This document shows, piece by piece, positions 1 through 6,809 of a stretch of DNA of 10,073 bases. Origin of the DNA: Candidatus Hodarchaeota archaeon (GTDB lineage: Archaea; Asgardarchaeota; Heimdallarchaeia; Hodarchaeales; Hodarchaeaceae); contig JAHQWW010000133.1 of NCBI GenBank assembly GCA_029856365.1, forward strand, positions 1 through 10,073, in the 5' to 3' direction. The position numbers and the translations under genes are program-made. The notes beneath the pieces were generated by a model. It made no database searches, was not told the origin of the DNA, and saw only the letters and a program-made list of their open reading frames with translations. Position 1 is the stretch's first letter. Every line of letters begins with the position of its first letter.

Positions 1-11
1 TTTATTTTTTA

Positions 12-620
12 TTATTTTCCAGTAAATATTAGTTTTAAAAAAGAACTTAGATCTTTAAAATGTGGCAAGAAGCAAGGTTTATTTCTTACATATGCCTCAA
101 ATGATGATCCAAATCTACAAATTAGTTCTTTATCCTCTGCTTGAGCGATAAAATAGTAGCTAATTGCAAATAATAATGCTAAAATAAGAGCCATTAAGTT
201 CTGTGACAATAATGCAAATCCAAAACACATGTAGATTCCACTAGCATAATGAGGATGCCTTATGTATTGATAAAGGCCTCTCTGTAGCTTTTTAGCCTTC
301 TCAGGATAAATAATATATAAAAAAAGTTCTGTTTCCAAGGTAAACCCACCATTGACGGAATCACGACTCATAAGGGGATAAAGTATTAATAAAAGAATGC
401 CTAGAGGAAATGCCAATAACCAAGGTATAATGGTTTGGTAAAGGAGGTTATTATTATACGAGGGATAGATCATCGGAAGAAATGTGCTGTTCTCAACCAT
501 AATAATTAAGAGCCAGACTAGTACATTTGGTGGTATCGCAGGAATCAGATAATGATAGAAGAATTTTCCATAAGCCTTGTCCCCATATTTGTTCCGATAG
601 CTTTCGCGTATTTTTTCCAA
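12..620 (-). CDS. Isoprenylcysteine carboxylmethyltransferase / PEMT-family integral membrane methyltransferase (start uncertain, possibly 5'-truncated)
   Basis: Hydrophobic segments followed by the family C-terminal motifs L..RGLYQYIRHPHY and AEDKELICRFGSSFEAYVRNKPCF (consensus G.Y..vRHP.Y ... EE..L...FG..Y..Y...vP.F). TTG start; an in-frame TGA lies at 629-627. Confidence 0.8.
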   Translation of the reverse strand: MEKIRESYRNKYGDKAYGKFFYHYLIPAIPPNVLVWLLIIMVENSTFLPMIYPSYNNNLLYQTIIPWLLAFPLGILLLILYPLMSRDSVNGGFTLETELFLYIIYPEKAKKLQRGLYQYIRHPHYASGIYMCFGFALLSQNLMALILALLFAISYYFIAQAEDKELICRFGSSFEAYVRNKPCFLPHFKDLSSFLKLIFTGK

Positions 621-775
621 AACTCTTCAAATGATCTTAATTTTAATTTTCATTTTGTACGAAAAAAGAGAGAAGAATTTACTTTTAAAGAAAAAGAATA
701 ATTTTAGTAAGACTAAGTTGGAGAAAATTAATGAAGAGAATATTAGAATTTTACAAAATACTTCTAAACTTTCGT

Positions 776-780
776 AGGAG
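776..780 (+). promoter_or_regulatory. Shine-Dalgarno site for the Fe-S oxidoreductase
   Basis: AGGAG 8 nt upstream of ATG 789. Confidence 0.6.
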
Positions 781-788
781 ACTCTTTA

Positions 789-1820
789 ATGTTTCATCAT
801 GAAAAATGTACCCTTTGTGGAGAGTGTCTGATTCAGTGCCCCTATTTAGCTTTTTCTGAAGAACAAGCTAAAGAAGAATTCAAGAAATTGATAGATGGTG
901 AACCAACATCAGTTACTACAGAATGTATTACCTGCGCCGCGTGTAATATGTTCTGTCCTGAAACAGCGAATCCCTTTGATCTGATAAATGAAAGACAAGA
1001 AGAGACAGGAACTTTTCAGGCTACAAATCAAGCATTAGAAATGTTTAATATGGCATCAATGATGCCTTCTGAAGTAATAAAAGGTGAATCAGGCAAACCA
1101 ACCATCAATCTTTGTACAGTGACTGATTTTCTCCCAGGGGTCATTGAAGGCCAGCTTTTTGATGGATTGACTCTTCTTAAAGGTGGTGATTATTTCTGCT
1201 ATTTTGGCTGGATACACATCGGAAAGCCTAGAATAGTTAAGGAAAATGCTCAGAAATTCGTTGATAATCTTATAAAAACTGGTGCTGAGGAAATAATTTG
1301 CTTCCACGATGATTGTTATGCTATGTTAACAAATAAAGTGAGAGAATTTGGAATATCAATTCCATTTAAACCGATTCACATTATTGAGTATCTCCGAGAC
1401 TTCGTTAAAAACCACAATGATCAAATAAGGAAATTAAACTTGAAGATCGCTTATCAACAGCCTTGCGCTTCAAGATTTACGTTTGAGAAGGACAACATCC
1501 TTGATGAGCTCTTTGAGCTCATTGGTGTTGAGAGAATGGAGAGAAAATATGACCGTATGGGTGCTCTCTGCTGTACCTCCGCAATGAGTGCAATGCAAAA
1601 CCTCTCGCGAGATTATATTGAGGAATGGAGAATGAAGAACATTCTGGATGCAAAAGAAGTTGGAGCTCAAGCAATGGTGTTTTTATGTCCACTATGTGTT
1701 CTTCCTTTAAGAAGTAGAGCAAAAGCGCAAGGATTGGAGCCTTACATCCTGAGTAATCTCGTACGTCTTGCTTTGGGAGAAAAACTCACATGTGGAGGAG
1801 CAGGTAAAATTTATGATTGA
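789..1820 (+). CDS. (Fe-S)-binding oxidoreductase, HdrD/GlpC-like (2x[4Fe-4S] ferredoxin domain plus CCG cysteine-rich domains)
   Basis: CTLCGECLIQCP and CITCAACNMFCP (two CxxCxxCxxxCP motifs); C-terminal CCG-domain elements AYQQPC...ALCCTS...FLCPLC; degenerate first CCG domain (YFCYFG...CFHDDCY); good SD. Confidence 0.85.
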   Translation: MFHHEKCTLCGECLIQCPYLAFSEEQAKEEFKKLIDGEPTSVTTECITCAACNMFCPETANPFDLINERQEETGTFQATNQALEMFNMASMMPSEVIKGESGKPTINLCTVTDFLPGVIEGQLFDGLTLLKGGDYFCYFGWIHIGKPRIVKENAQKFVDNLIKTGAEEIICFHDDCYAMLTNKVREFGISIPFKPIHIIEYLRDFVKNHNDQIRKLNLKIAYQQPCASRFTFEKDNILDELFELIGVERMERKYDRMGALCCTSAMSAMQNLSRDYIEEWRMKNILDAKEVGAQAMVFLCPLCVLPLRSRAKAQGLEPYILSNLVRLALGEKLTCGGAGKIYD

Positions 1821-1827
1821 TAAAAGT

Positions 1828-1865
1828 TTGGAAGCTATCCCTGGAGGGATTTATTCCAATTTTTT
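1828..1865 (+). terminator. Hairpin plus T-tract, putative intrinsic terminator between convergent genes
   Basis: TTGGAA(1828-33)/TTCCAA(1854-59) and ATCCC(1837-41)/GGGAT(1846-50) stems with a 3x3 internal loop, followed by T6 (1860-65); starts 8 nt after the stop at 1820. Confidence 0.5.
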
Positions 1866-1951
1866 CCCTAATACATGAGATTTTTCTATTGGTTTTATTC
1901 ACACAGTATACAGAGGATTAAAACAAGGATAAGAACTTGAATACTTTATCT

Positions 1952-2587
1952 TTATACTGTTATTACTCTACCCACACCCCCTTTAATATATTTTAAAGGG
2001 TATAAAGCTTCTATTTTTGATTTATGTCGAGTACAATGAGCAGGACAAATATATTGTAATTCCTTGATTAAATCAAATCTACTGAATCCATGCAATCCTC
2101 CAATGAGTGCTATTATTTTCCCAAATTGTGATACTACATTTAGAATAACATGAACTCCTGGATGTGAACATCCAACAATTACAACTATTCCTTTCTCTGT
2201 ATTAATCACGAGAGATTGTTCAATACTCTTGAGTTCGCCTGTGGAAAAAATATTTTCAGAAATTTTAAGTGTATCTTTAACTTTTATTATTTCTATTCCT
2301 TTCATATGAATTGAATAAGAGTCTGGAACATATACTGGAACTTGATGCATTCTAAGAATGTCTCTAAGTCCGCCTGTATGATCCCCATGTGCATGGGAAA
2401 TGAAAATCGAATCAATGGTGGTAGGATCTATATTGAGCTTCTTCATGTTTTCAAGAAGTATCGTACCATTACTGCCAGTATCAAAAAGGATTTTCTTCTC
2501 ATATGCCTCCACAAAACACGCGAAACCCCAAGTTGCCCTCAGTCCTTCTGTCCACACTTCATTATCAAAAACAATCGTTATCCTCAT
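1952..2587 (-). CDS. MBL-fold metallo-hydrolase, COG1237 family (often annotated 7,8-dihydropterin-6-yl-methyl-4-(beta-D-ribofuranosyl)aminobenzene 5'-phosphate synthase)
   Basis: MRITIVFDN...WGFAC...ILFDTG...ISHAHGDHTGG...EQSL...GCSHPG...GGLHG...PAHCT. Start moved from 2656 to ATG 2587 because AGGAG (2599-2595) lies 7 nt upstream and the family N-terminus begins there (211 aa). Confidence 0.85.
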   Translation of the reverse strand: MRITIVFDNEVWTEGLRATWGFACFVEAYEKKILFDTGSNGTILLENMKKLNIDPTTIDSIFISHAHGDHTGGLRDILRMHQVPVYVPDSYSIHMKGIEIIKVKDTLKISENIFSTGELKSIEQSLVINTEKGIVVIVGCSHPGVHVILNVVSQFGKIIALIGGLHGFSRFDLIKELQYICPAHCTRHKSKIEALYPLKYIKGGVGRVITV

Positions 2588-2771
2588 ATAATTTCTCCTA
2601 ATTCTTGAATTAGCCGTATTGATCCAAAGATATGAGAGGAAATTAATGCTGTTCAAACAAAGGAGCTAGGGCTAAGATCTGTATTTAACTATAAAGATAG
2701 AGCAGTTAGTGTTGTTTGGATAAAATAATAAAACACATCATGGGCTTTCATGATCCAATGCTGATATTTCA

Positions 2772-3296
2772 TCATATATCACCTTTAAAAAGTAATTTTA
2801 GAAGTGAAGATGGATTGGGAATCCATCTGGGAACTTCTTTTTGATATTCAAAATACTCATTCCCAAAAATCCGTTCCAATTCCTTTTCTTCAAAAATAGC
2901 GATTTTATTATAGAGAATGAATGCAATAACCCACGGAATGAGGGAAATCACTGATAGTGATAGGAAGATAAAACCAAGATATACTACTAGCGTACTAAAA
3001 TACATAGGGTGACGAACTACTGCAAATACATCATCTGATATTAACCTAGTAGGTTGGTTTATGTCTCCAAATAGCCTATTATGTGATGTCATCCCAAATT
3101 TTATAGCTAGAATCAAAAAGATAAGAAATAATAATATTTGAATAATGAAAAGGTTGTTATTTAGAATATCATTAGGTATTTGAATAAGAATCAAATCTAA
3201 TAACCATACAATGAAAAATACTAAACCACAACTAGCTTGAATTAGATGCGATTGTGGATGCTCTTTTCCAATCCCATGTTGATGAGAGTTATGCAA
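2772..3296 (-). CDS. Isoprenylcysteine carboxylmethyltransferase / PEMT-family membrane methyltransferase
   Basis: Several hydrophobic helices; LISDDVFAVVRHPMY and FEEKELERIFGNEYFEYQKEVPRWIP motifs. TTG start. Confidence 0.85.
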   Translation of the reverse strand: MHNSHQHGIGKEHPQSHLIQASCGLVFFIVWLLDLILIQIPNDILNNNLFIIQILLFLIFLILAIKFGMTSHNRLFGDINQPTRLISDDVFAVVRHPMYFSTLVVYLGFIFLSLSVISLIPWVIAFILYNKIAIFEEKELERIFGNEYFEYQKEVPRWIPNPSSLLKLLFKGDI

Positions 3297-3319
3297 CTTT
3301 ATTACCCTAATGAGATAAC

Positions 3320-3346
3320 AAGGATTTTAACTCTTATAATATCCTT
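3320..3346 (-). promoter_or_regulatory. Possible TATA-like promoter embedded in an imperfect palindrome upstream of the 3296 gene
   Basis: AAGGATTTTA(3320-29)-N7-TAATATCCTT(3337-46), 9/10 matches; on the minus strand a purine run precedes ATTATAAG about 37-44 nt before the start. Confidence 0.3.
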
Positions 3347-3448
3347 TTTTTTCAGGCTAGAGATATCATTATAGTATTGTTCTTACACTCCACAACAGTG
3401 TAAAATCATTGTAAAACCCAATCCATCCAATTAATCAAATTACTTCAA

Positions 3449-3841
3449 TTAATATTTAATGTTCTGTTGGATTTTTTCAGCCATTTTTTCAGCTTCAGCC
3501 TTTGAACCGCAAATAATCGCTTTATACCCATGGTTCGAGCTGGAAACTTGCTGCAAATCCGTTTCTGAAGCATCTGAAACAATTCTAATAGTTGCACCCA
3601 TTTTTGTTTCTACTGCTGTTCCCATTGTTTTACTCAGAATCTCAAGATTATCTTCTGACGCAGGTACATATGCACTAACATCAGAGATTGCAAGATAACC
3701 AGGTTTAAGCTTATTAGCCTCGCGTCGAAGGTCATCAGGCAAAGTTAAGATGTCTTCCTTAGTAAGAAATCCTTTTAATGTCGTATAAAGCCGGTTTTTC
3801 TTTATATTAGCTTTAACGGAAACTTCTTTTTCTTTAATCAT
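3449..3841 (-). CDS. Hypothetical protein, probable STAS/SEC14 (SpoIIAA-like) alpha/beta fold
   Basis: 130 aa, GAGAGG upstream of the ATG; pattern KNRLY..LKGF......L.PG...I.D.S...P...RIV...F/C.S.AEAE resembles small SpoIIAA-like proteins. The fold call is pattern recognition only. Confidence 0.6.
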   Translation of the reverse strand: MIKEKEVSVKANIKKNRLYTTLKGFLTKEDILTLPDDLRREANKLKPGYLAISDVSAYVPASEDNLEILSKTMGTAVETKMGATIRIVSDASETDLQQVSSSNHGYKAIICGSKAEAEKMAEKIQQNIKY

Positions 3842-3879
3842 CCTTATTTCCTCTCTTTTATCAAGGTTAAAAGAAACGT

Positions 3880-5037
3880 TCAGACTGTTAGAGAAGATAA
3901 ATCTTTAGGAGAATCTGTTAATATCTCATAACTATCCTCGGTAACAAGAACCGTGTCTGAGTGGCGCATTCCACCAAATTCTGGAATATAGATGCCTGGT
4001 TCTACTGAAAAAATGTGTCCTGGTTCTAAAACTGTTGGATCTTCTTCTTTTAAGGAAGGTCGTTCATGGAGTTCCAACCCGATTCCGTGTCCTGAACGAT
4101 GGATGAAGTATTTCCCAAATCCGGCTTTATTAATGATTCCCCTAGCGATTTTATCAAGCTCAGAAACCTTAATTCCAGGTTTAATAGCATTTATTGTGGC
4201 CTGTTGCGCTGTACATATTACTTCAAACATCTTTTCCTGTTTCTGTGATGCTTCCCCTATAATGAATGTTCTTTCACATTCTCCATGATATCCACCAAGT
4301 GATACGACACGTGTATGAATTACAGAGTCCCCCTCTTGGAGTCTTCGAGATGTGGAAAAGACATGAGGAAGAGCACTTCTAATTGGACCAGAAGGGCTCA
4401 TATTAACGGTAAAACGTAATACAGACTCAGGATAGTCAATACTACTACGTTTCAATATGGCATTATTCCCTATAGTATCTAATTGGATTTCTGTTAGTCC
4501 TTCTTTTGCTTCTTCAATAGTTCTAGAAACTCCATAAGTAGCTAGTTCTGCAGCTCGCCTGATTGCTTCAATCTCATCACTGGATTTAACCATTCTTAGC
4601 TGCTCAATTATTTCAGAACTATCTGAAAACGCTGCTTTGGGGAAAATTCTCTTTAATAGGGAAATGGAAGAAAGAGAACAAAAATTCTCTTCAATTCCGA
4701 TATGCTCCTGATGGAGTCCATGAGTTTCTACTATTTGTTTCATTATTTGAAATGGATCAGTTTCTTTCTGTTCTTCGCCTTCCTCTAAAGAAAATTCGAC
4801 ATAAGAGCGGATATCCTTTATTACTGATTCTTTTTTCGCATGTTCTTCATCAAGAGCAGGAACAATCAATGTGGGTTCTTGTTCCAAAGGGAAAATAATG
4901 ATTATAGGTCTAGAGTAGGTCAAGGCAAAAAATGTACTCAAATAGACGGTATGGGGGGGGTGCCAAGTTATGAGAACATTGATAGCTTTTTCTTGCATCA
5001 AGCCTTTGATTTTACTCCATCGTTTCATATAATTCAA
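3880..5037 (-). CDS. M24 (Xaa-Pro peptidase/creatinase) family hydrolase with a non-canonical metal site
   Basis: Creatinase-type N-domain (VYLS.F...YSRP...LIVPALD...IGIE), LRMVKSSDEI linker, LPH, ERT, HRSGHGIGLELHERP, SVEPGIY, GMRHSDTVLV. Start probably TTG 5037 (AGATGA 7 nt upstream) or ATG 5028, not 5139, which would overlap the upstream gene. Confidence 0.85.
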   Translation of the reverse strand: MNYMKRWSKIKGLMQEKAINVLITWHPPHTVYLSTFFALTYSRPIIIIFPLEQEPTLIVPALDEEHAKKESVIKDIRSYVEFSLEEGEEQKETDPFQIMKQIVETHGLHQEHIGIEENFCSLSSISLLKRIFPKAAFSDSSEIIEQLRMVKSSDEIEAIRRAAELATYGVSRTIEEAKEGLTEIQLDTIGNNAILKRSSIDYPESVLRFTVNMSPSGPIRSALPHVFSTSRRLQEGDSVIHTRVVSLGGYHGECERTFIIGEASQKQEKMFEVICTAQQATINAIKPGIKVSELDKIARGIINKAGFGKYFIHRSGHGIGLELHERPSLKEEDPTVLEPGHIFSVEPGIYIPEFGGMRHSDTVLVTEDSYEILTDSPKDLSSLTV

Positions 5038-5092
5038 TCTGAAATCATCTTTTTTGAGTGTATTGCTAAAATAAAGACTTTGGAAAATAAGG

Positions 5093-5815
5093 TTAGGGTA
5101 GATTATCAATATCCAGATATTTCTTATCATGGGGAGCAATAATTATATCAGCGATGTCTTGAATTTTCCTTACCGAGTCATATGCTTGAAGGGCATTAAT
5201 ATGTATTCCTGGTGCTATCGCTACTACTCCCATATCTTTCATCTGCTGCGGGGGGTCATAATTCTCCTGGATTGAACACAAACCGCTGATACAGACCTTT
5301 CCTTTATCAGTTTCAACCAGAACACTTTGATTACCTGGTGTATGGCCAGGTGTCTTGATAATTTTGACTCCTGGGACAATCTCTTTGTCGCCATCAACAA
5401 CCTCTAGTTTTGTTTCCTCTGGGGGAATAATAAACCACCCTGTTTGTGTTGGATGAGGATTTTTGGCATATTCTAATTCATCTTTTTGAACAAATACCGT
5501 TGCATTCTTGTATTTGGCAATATCCGCTGCATGGTCAGTGTGAAGATGTGTTAAAATTAAAATATCAATGTCTTCCACTGACAACCCGATTTTTTCTAAA
5601 GCTTCCTCTTGTGTTTGGCCATCAATCCCTGGGAAGCCAGTACTTCTAATTAATTCACCTGAACAGCCAGTATCAACTAAAATGTTTTTATCAGCGCCTT
5701 TTATTAACCAAGAATAAACTCCTAAAGTGATCTCTGTACCATGACCCATTAAATAAGTCATAAACCCCATATCAATTGGGGATTCTGTAGCAATTGGTAA
5801 TGGAATAATATTCAT
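5093..5815 (-). CDS. N-acyl homoserine lactonase-like MBL-fold hydrolase
   Basis: ILVDTG, THLHTDH (HxHxDH), VQKDEL, TPGHTPGNQSV, IIAPHD. GAAGGAG at 5830-5824 is better spaced for ATG 5815 than for ATG 5821. Confidence 0.85.
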   Translation of the reverse strand: MNIIPLPIATESPIDMGFMTYLMGHGTEITLGVYSWLIKGADKNILVDTGCSGELIRSTGFPGIDGQTQEEALEKIGLSVEDIDILILTHLHTDHAADIAKYKNATVFVQKDELEYAKNPHPTQTGWFIIPPEETKLEVVDGDKEIVPGVKIIKTPGHTPGNQSVLVETDKGKVCISGLCSIQENYDPPQQMKDMGVVAIAPGIHINALQAYDSVRKIQDIADIIIAPHDKKYLDIDNLP

Positions 5816-5821
5816 TATCAT

Positions 5822-6023
5822 AACTCCTTCTTTGCTGGATAGAGAATATATCTTTAATAAGTCAATTCTCTAATAAACATTTCTTAGTTTATTGTTTCTG
5901 TGTAATTCCTGATATTGATAACAAATTTGAGTAATTATTTTTGAAATCTCATTGTGAGAATTCCCATATAAGATAATGAAAGCGTATTCATTTAGTTAAG
6001 CCCTATTTTTCAGGAGATTAATA
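5822..6023. promoter_or_regulatory. Divergent promoter region with several palindromes
   Basis: About 200 bp AT-rich gap between divergent genes; TAGAGAAT(5840-47)/ATTCTCTA(5865-72); GAAATCTCA(5943-51)-N3-TGAGAATTC(5955-63); AATGAA(5975-80)-N6-TTCATT(5987-92); SD AGGAG at 6012-6016. Confidence 0.45.
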
Positions 6024-6809
6024 ATGATAGAGATAAAAAAACTAAAAACGGTTGAAGAGTTCAAACAAACCTTCGAAATTCAAAAGAGCGCTTGGGGGAT
6101 TAGTGATTTAGAAATAGACCCTCATTTTTTAATGAGTAGAGTTCAAAAATATGGTGGCTTACTTCAGGGCCTTTTTATAGATACAAAATGTGTTGGTTTC
6201 ACTTATGGTATTCTTGGAAAATGGCAGGGAGAGATCTTTTTTTTCTCCTATATGGCAGCAGTGATGAGAGAACACCAAGGACAAGGATTTGGATTTCTAT
6301 TAAAAAAAGCTCAAAGAGAAGAAGTCCTAAAGATGGATTATAATATCATTCGGTGGAATTTTGACCCACTAGAATCCTTAAATGCTTATTTTAATTTTCA
6401 TAGGCTGGGAGTAATCAGCTCAGAATATGAAAGGAACATTTACGGAGTGGGGGATAGCGGACTTGACAAAGGTCTCCCAACCGACAGATTACTTGTCACC
6501 TGGAATTTAACCTCTAAACGAGTGATCAAAAAAATGGAAAAAAAAGAATCAAAGATTATAGAAATGATTCCTACGTCAAAAATAGGGAGCTTTAAAGACA
6601 AAATTGCTTATATCGAAATCCCTAGAGATATCCGTTCTTTGAAAAAGAATAATTTAAATCAAGCATATGAATGGAGAGTGAAGACACGTGAAAAATTTGA
6701 GTCCGCTTTTAGAAGTGGATTTGTTGCTGAAAAAATCGTTTTTTCAGAGGATCAACAGAGAATCTTCTATAAATTAACCAAAAAGGATGATGATGTTGAA
6801 TCGGATTAA
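6024..6809 (+). CDS. GNAT-family N-acyltransferase (COG3375-like), putative succinyl-CoA:D-amino acid N-succinyltransferase
   Basis: AV..EHQGQGFGFLLK..QR acyl-CoA-binding motif A, WNFDPL...NAYFNFHRLG, IYG....LDKGLPTDRLLVTW, IEIP.DI..L.....A.EWR; overlaps the start of the NSAR/OSBS gene as in the Geobacillus-type operon. Confidence 0.85.
   Translation: MIEIKKLKTVEEFKQTFEIQKSAWGISDLEIDPHFLMSRVQKYGGLLQGLFIDTKCVGFTYGILGKWQGEIFFFSYMAAVMREHQGQGFGFLLKKAQREEVLKMDYNIIRWNFDPLESLNAYFNFHRLGVISSEYERNIYGVGDSGLDKGLPTDRLLVTWNLTSKRVIKKMEKKESKIIEMIPTSKIGSFKDKIAYIEIPRDIRSLKKNNLNQAYEWRVKTREKFESAFRSGFVAEKIVFSEDQQRIFYKLTKKDDDVESD

Noticed and set aside
627-629. TGA as selenocysteine or recoded Trp
   Set aside because: No obvious SECIS-like hairpin, not a redox-site context, and TGA terminates several neighbouring genes normally.
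1089-1722. Short minus-strand ORFs 1089..1307, 1470..1670 and 1519..1722
   Set aside because: Entirely antisense to the well-supported Fe-S gene; no motifs.
2342-2608. Plus-strand ORFs 2342..2608 and 2400..2591
   Set aside because: Antisense shadows of the MBL hydrolase gene.
5038-5139. Long N-terminal extensions of the M24 ORF (from 5139) and the MBL ORF (2656-2588)
   Set aside because: Non-homologous-looking sequence, overlap with the upstream gene in the M24 case, and better SD-supported starts downstream.
3459-5649. Plus-strand ORFs 3459..3698, 3992..4288, 4840..5142 and 5446..5649
   Set aside because: Antisense shadows of supported minus-strand genes; no recognisable family features.
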